A stretch of DNA of 64,000 bases from Geopsychrobacteraceae bacterium (GCA_963662315.1 OY759353.1:3552001-3616000), one strand, 5' to 3'. Numbered from the stretch's first letter, positions 50,372 through 60,587 are shown. Notes: a model not told the origin generated them from the sequence alone. Made by a program: numbers and translations.

Positions 50372-50680
50372 ATGATGAACAAGATTACAGATATCACCCT
50401 GAAAAGTCACCTTGACAGCTTGATCAAGCCGCAGCAGACCAGCCCGGTGACCGATATGGGGCAAAAGTTCGGTGCCGTACTGAAAAATACCATTGAGCAG
50501 GTCAACAACGCCCAGGTCGCTGCCGATAAAGCGTCCCAACAGGTGGTGGCCGGTGAAACAAAAAATCTTCATGAGGCAATGATCAAGCTTGAAGAAGCTG
50601 ATATTTCCATGCGCCTGATGGTGCAGGTGCGGAATAAGGCGTTGGACGCGTATCATGAAATCATGCGCATGTCAGTCTGA
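50372..50680 (+). CDS. fliE: Flagellar hook-basal body complex protein
   Basis: NLHEAMI...VQVRNKALDAYHEIMRMSV. Confidence 0.96.
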   Translation: MMNKITDITLKSHLDSLIKPQQTSPVTDMGQKFGAVLKNTIEQVNNAQVAADKASQQVVAGETKNLHEAMIKLEEADISMRLMVQVRNKALDAYHEIMRMSV

Positions 50681-50697
50681 TAGCGGCGCGCAGTGAC

Positions 50698-50785
50698 CGC
50701 TCCACGGCGTTGGCCAAAAATTGCAGACCCTTGACCTACTGATGTAGGCCTTCGGCCCTGAAATCTTGTGTCGCCTTGTTGAGCG
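50698..50785. repeat. ERIC/MITE-like structured palindromic element
   Basis: Nested stems CGCTC/GAGCG, GGCG/CGCC and apical CCTAC-TGAT-GTAGG. Confidence 0.45.
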
Positions 50786-50868
50786 AACCCAGCACTTGCT
50801 CTCAGATATTACATAAATAAAGAACATAACGATAAAGTCACACCAGCAATCACAACCGGAGACAAACG

Positions 50869-52494
50869 ATGGCAGAAGAAAAAACTGACATTATCAAGAA
50901 CGAAGCAGAGCAGGCGGCAGCTCAAGAAGAGAAAAAGAGTCTGCTGAATGTTATTATGGCGTGGTCGCTGGCGCGTAAATTGAGCTTGGTTGCTGCTGCC
51001 GTGCTGTGTATTGTCCTGTTTTCAGTCATCATCATGCAGTCTCGCGTTGCGGACTACAGTCTGCTGTTTGCCAACCTGCCGAGTCGCGATGCGTCTTCGG
51101 TGGTCCAGTGGCTGAAGGATCGCAAGATTCCCTATCGTCTTGAAGACGGCGGGCGCGACATTCTGGTTCCGGCTGATCAGGTTTATGAAACCCGTATTGA
51201 ACTGGCCGGTTCAGGCCTGGCTGAAGGTGGTGTTGGCTTTGAAATTTTCGACAAGCAGAGTTTCGGTATGACCGACTTTGCCCAAAAGGTCAATTATCGC
51301 CGTGCTCTGCAAGGGGAGCTGATGCGGACCATCGCGTCTCTGGCCCCGGTTGAAGCGGCACGCATCCACCTGGCATTGCCTGAGAAACGCTTGTTCAAGG
51401 AACAGCAGCAACCAGCCACAGCCTCTGTCATTGTCAAACTCGCGCCGGGGCGCAAACTGAATGAAGCTCAGCTGCAGGGGATAATCCATCTGGTCTCTGG
51501 AAGTGTCGAGGGGTTAGAGGCTGAAAATGTTACCGTTGTCGATTCCAGCGGCCAGGCCCTGTCCCGCAGCCGGGACGATGAACTGGGCGGACCGGTGACA
51601 CCGGGAATGATGACCTACCAGCAGACGATGGAAAGGCGCCTGGAAACCCGTGCCCAATCGTTACTCGATCGTGCCCTGGGCGCTGGTAACTCAATGGTAC
51701 GGGTCACGGCAGAGGTCGATTTTGATCAGCGCGAGCGGGTTGAAGAGGCTCTGGATCCCAAAGGAGCGGTTGTCGTCAGTGAGCAGACCAGTAATGAAGC
51801 AGGCAGCAGTACCCTTGTTGGCGGTGTCCCCGGCGTGGTTTCCAATCTGCCCAATAATGGGAATACTGCAACTGCGACGACCACAACTCCGTCTTCGCGC
51901 AATTCCGAAACCGTCAACTATGAGCTGAGTAAAACGGTCAGTAAAACGGTCAGTTCAGTCGGTAGCCTGAAAACCCTTTCCGTTTCCGTGTTGGTTGCCG
52001 ATCGCTTCAAGCCCGGCGCCGAGGGGGAGGCTCCTGTACCTGATCCACGTAGCCCGGAAGAACTGCAGGAAATCGAGCAGATGATGCGCACCGCTCTTGG
52101 CATCAATGATAGTCGTGGCGATAATATCTCTGTGGTTTCAATGCCGTTTGAGACCAACTTCCTTGATGAACCACTGCCGGAACCGTCCATTATTGACAAG
52201 GTTTATCCTTTCATGCCGATTATCAAGTACAGCTTGCTGGCGCTGGCGGCACTGTTTGGTTATCTGCTTCTGGTCCGTCCTATCCTGCGCACCCTCAGAG
52301 GGGCTGAAGAGGAGACCGAGCCGATGAAAACCGTGGAGGAGCTGCAGGCTGAATTGCGTGGTGAGCATGACAAGCATTTGCTGGAAGGTCCTGCTGATCC
52401 GCTGTCAAATATTCGTCAGGAAGTGCTGAATGGCGATCTGCTGTCGGTTCAGGTTCTGAAAAACTGGCTGCGTGAAGAACCGGCCGAACAGTAA
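50869..52494 (+). CDS. fliF: Flagellar MS-ring protein
   Basis: GFEIFDKQSFGMTDF, RALQGELMRTI, ARIHLALP, ENVTVVDSSG, ETVNYEL; two TMs. Confidence 0.97.
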   Translation: MAEEKTDIIKNEAEQAAAQEEKKSLLNVIMAWSLARKLSLVAAAVLCIVLFSVIIMQSRVADYSLLFANLPSRDASSVVQWLKDRKIPYRLEDGGRDILVPADQVYETRIELAGSGLAEGGVGFEIFDKQSFGMTDFAQKVNYRRALQGELMRTIASLAPVEAARIHLALPEKRLFKEQQQPATASVIVKLAPGRKLNEAQLQGIIHLVSGSVEGLEAENVTVVDSSGQALSRSRDDELGGPVTPGMMTYQQTMERRLETRAQSLLDRALGAGNSMVRVTAEVDFDQRERVEEALDPKGAVVVSEQTSNEAGSSTLVGGVPGVVSNLPNNGNTATATTTTPSSRNSETVNYELSKTVSKTVSSVGSLKTLSVSVLVADRFKPGAEGEAPVPDPRSPEELQEIEQMMRTALGINDSRGDNISVVSMPFETNFLDEPLPEPSIIDKVYPFMPIIKYSLLALAALFGYLLLVRPILRTLRGAEEETEPMKTVEELQAELRGEHDKHLLEGPADPLSNIRQEVLNGDLLSVQVLKNWLREEPAEQ

Positions 52495-52533
52495 ATAACG
52501 GTTGCTAATTTTGTACGTCGACAGGAGCCTTGT

Positions 52534-53547
52534 GTGAAAAAAGCCAAACATTTATCCGGAGCGAAGAAAGCAGCCATTCTGCTGCTGTGCCTTGGGGAAG
52601 AGGTCACGGCCAGAATCTTTGAAGCCCTGGATGATTCCGAAGTACGGGAAATCAGTCGTCACATGATTGAAATTGAGCATGTTGATCCCAAACTGGCCAG
52701 TGAAATTCTCGACGAATTTCATGCTGCACGGGAAGCGGATCTGGGTGTCTATGTTCGTGGTGATGAGTTTGCCAAGCATGCTATCCTTGGCGGTTCCGAT
52801 ACGGTACGAGCCCAGTATCTGCTGGAACAGGTCTCCTCGGGAATTGAGGGGCGCCCGCTGGAAACTATTTCTAAAATGCATCCCCGGATGGTCGCCGGTC
52901 TGCTGGAAAATGAACATCCTCAGACCGTCGCACTGATTCTGTCGACGCAACGGGAAGATCACACCAGCCGCGTATTGGCTGAATTGCCTGAAGAGATGCG
53001 TGGCGAGCTCATGTATCGTATTGCCAAGATCGACAATGTCTCTCCTGAAGTGATCAGCCAGATTGAAGAGGCCCTGCAGCGAGAAGTCGGCGTGGTGGTC
53101 GGCAAGGACCGTAAACAGGTTGGTGGCATTGAAAAGGTTGTTGAAATTCTAGCTAAAATGGAAAAGGGTGCCGACCAGGTTATTCTGACCAGTATTGAAG
53201 CTGTTGATCCCGATATGGCCGAAGAAATCCGGCGCCGCATGTTTACCTTTGAGGATCTCGCGACGATCGATAACCGTGGTATGCAGGCCATCCTGCGCGA
53301 GGTCAGCACCGATATGCTCACCCTGGCGCTTAAGACCGCCACCGATACTCTCAAGGAGAAGGTGTTCTCCAATATTTCTCAGCGTGCTGCCGACATGATT
53401 GCTGAAGATCTGGAGGCCATGGGGCCGCGTAAGCTCAGTGAAGTTGAAGCCATGCAGTCCGAAGTCGTTAAAGTTGCGATGAAGCTTGAAGAAGAAGGTA
53501 CGATTGTTATTCCTGGCCGAGGTGGTGGCGGAGATGAGCTTGTCTAA
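52534..53547 (+). CDS. fliG: Flagellar motor switch protein
   Basis: KAAILLL, EHPQTVALILS, GGIEKVVEIL, MFTFEDL, NISQRAA. Confidence 0.97.
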   Translation: MKKAKHLSGAKKAAILLLCLGEEVTARIFEALDDSEVREISRHMIEIEHVDPKLASEILDEFHAAREADLGVYVRGDEFAKHAILGGSDTVRAQYLLEQVSSGIEGRPLETISKMHPRMVAGLLENEHPQTVALILSTQREDHTSRVLAELPEEMRGELMYRIAKIDNVSPEVISQIEEALQREVGVVVGKDRKQVGGIEKVVEILAKMEKGADQVILTSIEAVDPDMAEEIRRRMFTFEDLATIDNRGMQAILREVSTDMLTLALKTATDTLKEKVFSNISQRAADMIAEDLEAMGPRKLSEVEAMQSEVVKVAMKLEEEGTIVIPGRGGGGDELV

Positions 53548-54208
53548 GATATATCGTGGTGAAGAGACTGCTAACCTCAAATCCTTTCAGTATTTAAGCT
53601 TTGGTGCTGAGGCTATTGCACCTGATTCTGCTGGGGAGGATCTCAAGGACCAGACTTCAGACATTCAGCCCCGCAGCCCGGAGCCGCTAGCCCCTGTCGC
53701 AGGCCATACGGCCGAGGAGGTCGAGGAAGCCTACGCACGCGGTTACCGAGAAGCGCTGGAACACGCCGGGGCGCGCCTTGAAAGCGCAAGCCAGGCGTTG
53801 GCGGCCGGACTCGATGAAATCAGCCGTGTGCGTGAAAGTCTCGCCCGTAACAGTCAGCAGGACATGCTGCGTCTGGTGATGACGGTCGCTGAGCAGATTA
53901 TTCGCGAACAGGCCGCGATTGACAGTCGCGTGGTTCTCAAGGTGATCGATAATGCCTTAAGTGAAGCAGTGCGGGCTGATCATTACCGGATTTTCGTCAA
54001 TCCTGCTGATCTTGCTGCAGTCACTGAACAAAAACCGTTATTCCTGGCCAGTATCAGTGGCCTGAAAAATATTCATGTTGAAGCGGATCCGTCCATCTCT
54101 GCTGGTGGTTGTCGGGTCGATTCCGAATTCGGCAATGTGGATGCGACGCTGGAAACCCAATTAGCAACTATTCGCCAGGCAATGCAGGAGGCGCTGCAGA
54201 GCTCATGA
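53534..54208 (+). CDS. fliH: Flagellar assembly protein
   Basis: AYARGY, VNPADL, DPSISAGGCRVDSEFGNVDA; lies between fliG and fliI. Confidence 0.9.
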   Translation: MSLSKIYRGEETANLKSFQYLSFGAEAIAPDSAGEDLKDQTSDIQPRSPEPLAPVAGHTAEEVEEAYARGYREALEHAGARLESASQALAAGLDEISRVRESLARNSQQDMLRLVMTVAEQIIREQAAIDSRVVLKVIDNALSEAVRADHYRIFVNPADLAAVTEQKPLFLASISGLKNIHVEADPSISAGGCRVDSEFGNVDATLETQLATIRQAMQEALQSS

Positions 54209-55527
54209 ACAATCTGGTCGAGCGGATCAAAGGGATTAACCCGATCAGGGTCAGCGGCAAGGTCATACAGATCGTCGGTCTGGTGGTCGAAGGGTATTGT
54301 CCGACGGCGACGGTCGGGACTCTTTGCGAGCTGTTGCCTCTGGATGGTGGCAATCCGGTGCCGGCCGAAGTTGTTGGTTTTCGTGATTCCCGGGCCCTAT
54401 TGATGCCCCTTGGTGAGCTGCGTGGGCTTGGCCCCGGCAGCCTGATCCGGGTCACGCGCAGCAGTGCGTCGATTCCGGTCGGGGACCATCTCCTGGGGCG
54501 GGTGCTCGACGCTCTTGGCCAGCCTCTGGATGAAATGCCCCTGGCACCGTGTGAACATGAATGCCCCCTGTATGCTTTGCCGGCCAGCCCCATGGCCCGT
54601 AAACCGATTGTACAACCCCTTGATCTGGGGGTTAAGGCCATTAACAGCCTGTTGACCTGCGGCGTTGGCCAGCGCATGGGGATCATGGCCGGGTCCGGGG
54701 TCGGTAAAAGTGTTCTTCTGGGGATGATGGCCAAACATACCCAGGCTGATGTCAATGTGATCGCCCTGATCGGTGAGCGGGGGCGCGAGGTGCGTGAATT
54801 TATCGAACGCGACTTAGGTCCCGAGGGGCTGGCGCGTTCCGTTGTCGTTACTGCGACCTCTGATTCTTCCCCTTTGCTGCGTATGCGTGGGGCTTTTGTC
54901 GCGACCACAATCGCTGAATATTTCTGTAATCAGGGTAAAAATGTCTTGTTGCTGATGGATTCGGTGACCCGCTTTGCCATGGCGATGCGCGAGGTTGGCC
55001 TGGCCATAGGCGAGCCGCCGACCACCAAAGGCTACACGCCGTCGGTGTTCGCTAACCTGCCGAAGCTACTTGAGCGGGCCGGCAACTTCAAGAACAAGGG
55101 GAGTATCACCGGTCTTTATACGGTCCTGGTCGAAGGGGATGATATGAATGAGCCGGTGGCGGATTCAGTGCGTTCGATTCTGGATGGCCATATTGTTCTG
55201 TCGCGTGATATTGCGGCGCGTAACCACTTCCCCGCCATCGATATTCTGCGTTCGGCAAGCCGGGTCATGCGCGATATCGTCGATGAAGAACATCTGAAAA
55301 TGAACGGCCAGGCGCGTGAAATCATGGCGGTTTTCAAGGATGCAGAGGATCTGATCAATATCGGTGCCTATGCCGAAGGGAGCAACAGCAAGATCGACTA
55401 CGCTATTTCCCGGATTGATGTCATCAATGAATTCTTATGCCAGGGGATGAACGAAGCATTTGACCTCGAGAGCACCATGACGGAACTGAAGACCATTCTC
55501 CTCGACCGCCGCAGCGAACTGAGGTAA
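54205..55527 (+). CDS. fliI: Flagellar export ATPase
   Basis: GQRMGIMAGSGVGKS, IGERGREVREF, DSVTRFAMA, GEPPTTKGY, ILDGHIVLSR. Confidence 0.97.
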   Translation: MNNLVERIKGINPIRVSGKVIQIVGLVVEGYCPTATVGTLCELLPLDGGNPVPAEVVGFRDSRALLMPLGELRGLGPGSLIRVTRSSASIPVGDHLLGRVLDALGQPLDEMPLAPCEHECPLYALPASPMARKPIVQPLDLGVKAINSLLTCGVGQRMGIMAGSGVGKSVLLGMMAKHTQADVNVIALIGERGREVREFIERDLGPEGLARSVVVTATSDSSPLLRMRGAFVATTIAEYFCNQGKNVLLLMDSVTRFAMAMREVGLAIGEPPTTKGYTPSVFANLPKLLERAGNFKNKGSITGLYTVLVEGDDMNEPVADSVRSILDGHIVLSRDIAARNHFPAIDILRSASRVMRDIVDEEHLKMNGQAREIMAVFKDAEDLINIGAYAEGSNSKIDYAISRIDVINEFLCQGMNEAFDLESTMTELKTILLDRRSELR

Positions 55528-55530
55528 GCC

Positions 55531-55971
55531 ATGGCCGGTCCCTTCAAATTACAGTCGGTCCTGAATTACCGTCAGCGTCTCGAAGATCAGGCGCAGCAGG
55601 TGTTGGCGCGGACACTGCAACATCAGGTAAAACTTCAGGAGCAGATTGCTCAATGTCGGCAGCAGCTGGATTCTTGCGCTGCTGAAGTGCAGCGCCGCCA
55701 GCAGGAGGGTTTATCGATAGCCGAGCTGACCATGTATGAAGATCAGATCAGGCATCTGCGCCAGCTTCAGGTACGCTATCACGGGCAGCTGAAAAAGCTC
55801 AACGACCAGATTGATCGCGAGCGGGCGGCATTGCTGACAGCCGCTCGTGAACGTCAGGTTATGGAAAAGCTCAAAGAAAAACAGGAAGCTGAATACCGTC
55901 GCGAACTGGATCGTAAAGAACGGGAAATGCTTGATGAAATCAGCTTGCGCCCCAAAGGAGAACGCTCATGA
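55531..55971 (+). CDS. fliJ: Flagellar export chaperone
   Basis: FKLQSVLNYR...coiled coil...EKLKEK...EREMLDE; synteny. Confidence 0.9.
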   Translation: MAGPFKLQSVLNYRQRLEDQAQQVLARTLQHQVKLQEQIAQCRQQLDSCAAEVQRRQQEGLSIAELTMYEDQIRHLRQLQVRYHGQLKKLNDQIDRERAALLTAARERQVMEKLKEKQEAEYRRELDRKEREMLDEISLRPKGERS

Positions 55972-56486
55972 GCAGACGAGCCGGATTATTAATCGCGATC
56001 CTGTTAGCCAGCATCGCCAGCGTTGCAGCCGCCGAACCGGGGCAGGTGAACCCGGATACCGCCGCTTCTGTCGAAGAACGCCGGATTCTGGTTTCTATTG
56101 AGGATCAGTACGCCCGGCTTGAGCAGCGTGAAGCGGAAATCAACGGTCGCGAATTGCAGCTAAAGACTCTCGAGACCGAGGTCGATAAGAAGCTCGCGGA
56201 GCTAAGCAAAAAGCGGGAAGAGTTGACCCAAAAGCAGGCTGATATCAGTAAACTGCTCCAAGACATCAAAAATGTTGAAGATGAACGGGCTGCAGAGCTG
56301 AGTCTTATCTATGAAAAAATGAGTCCTCAGAAGGCGGCACTACTGATCAAAGATCTTGATCAGGATCTGGCTGTCAAACTGCTGATGGGTATCAAGAAGA
56401 AAACCGCCGGAAAGATTCTTGATAACCTCGATTCCCAAACGGCGACCGCATTGAGTGAGGCGTTTACGGAAGTTCCGGTACCGTAA
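55968..56486 (+). CDS. MotE/YlxF-like (MgtE N-domain-like) periplasmic flagellar protein
   Basis: Signal peptide, long coiled coil, C-terminal IYEKMSPQKAA...AGKILDNLD. Confidence 0.8.
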   Translation: MSRRAGLLIAILLASIASVAAAEPGQVNPDTAASVEERRILVSIEDQYARLEQREAEINGRELQLKTLETEVDKKLAELSKKREELTQKQADISKLLQDIKNVEDERAAELSLIYEKMSPQKAALLIKDLDQDLAVKLLMGIKKKTAGKILDNLDSQTATALSEAFTEVPVP

Positions 56487-56528
56487 TAACGCAGCTTATT
56501 AACCGTAACTTCTGGAAGGAGGTGAAAC

Positions 56529-58073
56529 ATGCAGGAAATCGCAACACTGGGAGCAGTGACACCGGTGGCGACCTCCACAAGCGGGAAGCCAACAGGCAAA
56601 GCGGCAGAAAAAGACTTCGATCGTGTCTTTGCCGACAAACAGCAGGAACAGCCGCAAAAAAGCGCCGAAACTGCTCGTGAAGGGAGTGTGAAGAAATCTT
56701 CCCAACAGCGTCAGGAGCAAAAAAAGGTTCAGGAACCGGTAACGTCTGATCGTAAAGGTGTTGAGCGGCAGTCCAGTGAGAGTGACGAGCCCGTTGCCGC
56801 TACACAGGTAACCGAAGCCACTGATGAAAGTGCTGTCGTGGATGGTTCAGCGGCGGTGCAACAGACTCTGATTGCTCTGATGCAAACCTTGAACAGCGAA
56901 AAATCAGCCTCAGTCGATAGCGAGGACGTGACGTCATTGGTCACTGACCTTGTGACACAGCTGGAAAACGCCGATTTGCATGGTGAAGAGGTCTTGGCTG
57001 GTATCGATCTGTCGGCCCTGAAGGATCAGATTGAAGAGATAGCAGCGGGAGATGATCCGATCGGGGAGATGGCGGCATTGATTGCCAGGGTCAGTGAACA
57101 GCTTCAGACCCAGCCGGAAATGACGTCTGTTGAGATGACAGGTCAACTCAAAGGCGGATCTATGGCTCAGGCCAGGGATCTGCTGCAACAGGTGCTGGGG
57201 GATGATCTCTCTGAGTCCCAGTCCGCGGCCGACACCGCTGCTGTTGAGACGCTAACCGGTAAGCAGGATGCTGTGCCGATCGATCCACGCTTTGCAGGAT
57301 TGTTGAATGTTCGTCAGGGACAAAAGAGCAATCAGGAGGCGGCTGTGGCCAAGCAACCTCTGAATAATTCTGCTGTGCAGCAGAGTCAGACGGTCGCTGA
57401 CGAAACAACCGAGCCGATTGCAGAGACGCCGGGAGACCTTGAGGCACAACTGACTGCGGAACTGGACAAGATCAGTCGATCAGTACAGAGGGAAACCGCA
57501 CATCAGTCTCAACAGACCCGGTCTGGCATTGAAGGCTCGGCTCAGCATGGCCCACATATGCACAATTCTCAGGGCTCTATGTTTGCCGATAGCATGAAAA
57601 ACCTGGCGGCAGCGCCAACTATTCAATTGCCCAGTGGCCAGCATGTTGCGGAAAGTCAGATTTTTGACCAGGTTGTGACCCACCTGTCTGGAAGTGTCAA
57701 TGGTGAGTCGGGTCGGATGGTGCTGCGCCTGAACCCGGCGGAGCTCGGCTCGCTGAAGCTTGACGTTGTTGTTGAAGGGGATGAAGTGCGGGCCAATATT
57801 CACGCTCAGAATCAGCAGGTTCAGGAAGTCATTGAACGCCATCTGCCACAACTGCGTAATGCTTTAGCGGAACAAGGGCTAAAGATTGAACAGTTTCAGG
57901 TCGATATAGATAAGCAACAGAGTGGTGGCAGCTTTGAAGGCTTCGCCGATCAGCAGCAGCAACAGCAGCAAGGCAGTCGCAGCTGGAATTACAGGGATGT
58001 TGTCGAAGAGGACGTGATCCCTCTCGCGCAGTTGTTTCAGCCTGCCAGCCCAGGAATCAGTCTCCATGTCTGA
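56529..58073 (+). CDS. fliK: Flagellar hook-length control protein
   Basis: Low-complexity N-terminus; C-terminal LRLNPAELGSL...LPQLRNALAEQGL. Confidence 0.92.
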   Translation: MQEIATLGAVTPVATSTSGKPTGKAAEKDFDRVFADKQQEQPQKSAETAREGSVKKSSQQRQEQKKVQEPVTSDRKGVERQSSESDEPVAATQVTEATDESAVVDGSAAVQQTLIALMQTLNSEKSASVDSEDVTSLVTDLVTQLENADLHGEEVLAGIDLSALKDQIEEIAAGDDPIGEMAALIARVSEQLQTQPEMTSVEMTGQLKGGSMAQARDLLQQVLGDDLSESQSAADTAAVETLTGKQDAVPIDPRFAGLLNVRQGQKSNQEAAVAKQPLNNSAVQQSQTVADETTEPIAETPGDLEAQLTAELDKISRSVQRETAHQSQQTRSGIEGSAQHGPHMHNSQGSMFADSMKNLAAAPTIQLPSGQHVAESQIFDQVVTHLSGSVNGESGRMVLRLNPAELGSLKLDVVVEGDEVRANIHAQNQQVQEVIERHLPQLRNALAEQGLKIEQFQVDIDKQQSGGSFEGFADQQQQQQQGSRSWNYRDVVEEDVIPLAQLFQPASPGISLHV

Positions 58074-58100
58074 ATATTGTGAAAGGAGGTGCTAGGGGTT

Positions 58101-58766
58101 ATGTCGACTGTTAGTGGCGTTAGTAACAGCTCCGCTGATTTTTCTTCAGCGTCATCGATCAAAGATGTGTCGATGGGCAAGCAGGATTTTTTGATGTTGC
58201 TGGTTGCCCAGCTGGAAAATCAGGATCCGATGAATCCGTCAGACCCGACGGAATTTACCGCTCAGTTGGCTCAGTTTGGACAGCTTGAACAGCTCACCAA
58301 TGCCAATAAGAGCCTGGAAGGGCTCAATAGTATGAGCACCGAAATGCAGCGTATGTCTGCATTGGGGCTGGTTGGCCAAGATGTCATTGCCCAGACCGAT
58401 CAGTTCCATTTTGATGGTGAACCGATTGAAATCGGGTATCGAACCGAAATGCCGGCTGAAGAGATTACCCTGTATGTGCTGAACCAAAGTGGCGGCACCC
58501 TGGCAACCATCAAGGCGACAGAAACGGAGGCCGGAGAATACTTTATCAACTGGGATGGGATGAGTGATCTTGATATGCCTCTCGAAGCCGGAGATTACTC
58601 TCTGGCCATCAGGGCGGTCGACGGCGATGATGCTTTGGTGGATGTCGTGCCGTTGGTCAAAGGAAAGGTGCAGGCAGTCGATCTGAGCAGCGCAATATCC
58701 GAGCTGGAAACAACCGCTGGTGTCTTTTCCATGAGAGATGTTGAAAAAGCCGGATCAAGCTTATGA
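58101..58766 (+). CDS. flgD: Flagellar hook capping protein
   Basis: MGKQDFLMLLVAQLENQDPMNP...FTAQLAQF..LEQL; FlgD Ig domain WDG. Confidence 0.96.
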   Translation: MSTVSGVSNSSADFSSASSIKDVSMGKQDFLMLLVAQLENQDPMNPSDPTEFTAQLAQFGQLEQLTNANKSLEGLNSMSTEMQRMSALGLVGQDVIAQTDQFHFDGEPIEIGYRTEMPAEEITLYVLNQSGGTLATIKATETEAGEYFINWDGMSDLDMPLEAGDYSLAIRAVDGDDALVDVVPLVKGKVQAVDLSSAISELETTAGVFSMRDVEKAGSSL

Positions 58767-59149
58767 GTGATTCGCTGACCATTATCCCCCAACCGATCGG
58801 GATTCCCCGCCAGCAGGGGACGCAGCGATCGCAACAGAAAACCGCTGAAAAGGGCAGCTTTGACCAGCTGCTGCAGAATCAGCTCAGTCAGCAGGGGACA
58901 GTCAAATTCTCACGGCATGCAAGCCAGCGTATGCAGACCCGTGGCATCAGCTTCAGTGATGCTCAGTTACAGCGTCTTGATACGGCGGTTTCGCAGGTCA
59001 GTGCCAAAGGTGGCCGTGAATCTCTGGTGATGTTGGATAATACGGCACTGGTTGTCAGTGTCAAAAATGAAACCGTGGTGACAGTTGTTGATCAAGATCA
59101 GTTGAAGAATAACGTATTTACCAATATCGACAGTGCCGTTATTGCTTAA
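58763..59149 (+). CDS. Flagellar operon protein (TIGR02530-like)
   Basis: VKFSRHASQRMQTRGI, KGGRESLV, ALVVSVKNETVVT, NVFTNIDSAV. Confidence 0.9.
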   Translation: MSDSLTIIPQPIGIPRQQGTQRSQQKTAEKGSFDQLLQNQLSQQGTVKFSRHASQRMQTRGISFSDAQLQRLDTAVSQVSAKGGRESLVMLDNTALVVSVKNETVVTVVDQDQLKNNVFTNIDSAVIA

Positions 59150-59150
59150 C

Positions 59151-59206
59151 CGAACCGGTCCTCTTTGAGGAGGTTCGCAAACCGCCGACCGACAGACGCG
59201 GTTTAC
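59151..59206 (+). ncRNA. Candidate structured cis-regulatory RNA in the flgE leader
   Basis: Two adjacent hairpins with complementary CGGTC/GACCG segments, directly upstream of the flgE RBS. Confidence 0.4.
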
Positions 59207-59222
59207 GAAAGGAAAAAAGATC

Positions 59223-60587
59223 ATGGGAGTTTCGAGCTCATTATTCAGTGGTATCAGTGGTCTCAGTGCGAATGGCAATGCCATGAGTATTATCGGTAAC
59301 AATATCGCTAACGCCAATACCATAGGCTTTAAGGCGAGCCGTACCGTTTTTAGTGACCTGCTGTCGGGAAAAGTCTCCAGTTCTGCTGGAGCGTCTCAGA
59401 TTGGCCGTGGCGTCGGGTTGTCAACCGTTGATAATATTTTCAGCCAGGGAACGTTTGAGAATACGGAAACCAATACCGATCTTGCCATTGAGGGATCAGG
59501 TTTTTTTATCGTCAGCGATCCGATGACTGGCAATGCGCAGAACAGCTATACCCGGGCCGGTGCTTTTCGCTTTAATGCTGACGGCTATCTGGTCAACCCT
59601 GAAGGGTACAATGTCATGGGTTTGCAACTGGATGACAATGGCAATACTATTGGTGACCTGACTCCGATCTGGGCTAATACCCAGTCTTTTTCCCCGGCCA
59701 ATCCGACCGGAAATATCGACCTGAATACCAATATGAACTCCAATGCGACGACCATCGGTGCCTATCCTTCTTTTGATGTAGCCGATCCGAACAGTACTTC
59801 AAATTATGCAACGTCAACCCAGATTTATGACAGTCTGGGGGATACCCATCTGATGACCACATATTTTACTAAAAATGACAGTCAGCAGTGGGAGTGGTCA
59901 ACGGTTGTCGACAGTGGCGATCTCACCGGTGGTACGGTGGGTGAACTGGCTGTTGTCGGCAAGGGGACCCTTGAATTTGATGCCAGCGGTAATCTGATTT
60001 CTATCGGCAATGATGATGGTACCGGCACAGTCACCGTCTCCCAGCTGTATACCATCGCCGGGGATATCACCAGCGACCCGGTTTTTCCGCGTCCGACAGC
60101 GGAGACTTTTGCCGGTGCCTTGGACTGGGCCAGTGGTGCCGTTGATACGCAACAGATCGCCATTGATATGCAAACCACTCAGTATGCCAGCCCTTCAGTG
60201 GTTGTCTCTCAGGAGCAGGATGGCTTCGGGACCGGTTCGCTGGTTAAACTAAGTATCGACAGTGAAGGAAATGTCATCGGAAATTTTTCCAATGGTGATC
60301 CGCGTAAATTGATGCAGATTGCTCTGGCTAAATTTACCAACCCCAACGCCCTCGAAAAAATCGGCAACAATATGTACCAGTCCAATAATGCTTCCGGGGT
60401 GCCGGTCATTGGTACGGTCGGATCGGGTGTCGGTAATATCTTTACCAATGCGCTGGAACTCTCCAACGTTGACCTGGCTCAGGAATTTGTCAAAATGATT
60501 ACCACCCAGCGCGGGTTTTCAGCCAACTCAAAAACCATTACCACCACTGACGAAATGCTGACAGAGGTTATTAATCTCAAGCGTTAA
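59223..60587 (+). CDS. flgE: Flagellar hook protein
   Basis: IGNNIANANTIGFK, TDLAIEGSGFF, YTRAGAF, YDSLG, LELSNVDLAQEFVKMI..QRGF.ANSK. Confidence 0.97.
   Translation: MGVSSSLFSGISGLSANGNAMSIIGNNIANANTIGFKASRTVFSDLLSGKVSSSAGASQIGRGVGLSTVDNIFSQGTFENTETNTDLAIEGSGFFIVSDPMTGNAQNSYTRAGAFRFNADGYLVNPEGYNVMGLQLDDNGNTIGDLTPIWANTQSFSPANPTGNIDLNTNMNSNATTIGAYPSFDVADPNSTSNYATSTQIYDSLGDTHLMTTYFTKNDSQQWEWSTVVDSGDLTGGTVGELAVVGKGTLEFDASGNLISIGNDDGTGTVTVSQLYTIAGDITSDPVFPRPTAETFAGALDWASGAVDTQQIAIDMQTTQYASPSVVVSQEQDGFGTGSLVKLSIDSEGNVIGNFSNGDPRKLMQIALAKFTNPNALEKIGNNMYQSNNASGVPVIGTVGSGVGNIFTNALELSNVDLAQEFVKMITTQRGFSANSKTITTTDEMLTEVINLKR

Noticed and set aside
50711..50724. TGGCCAAAAATTGC as a sigma54 promoter for fliF
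   Set aside because: Spacing is GG-N9-GC rather than N10, and it lies inside the palindromic element.
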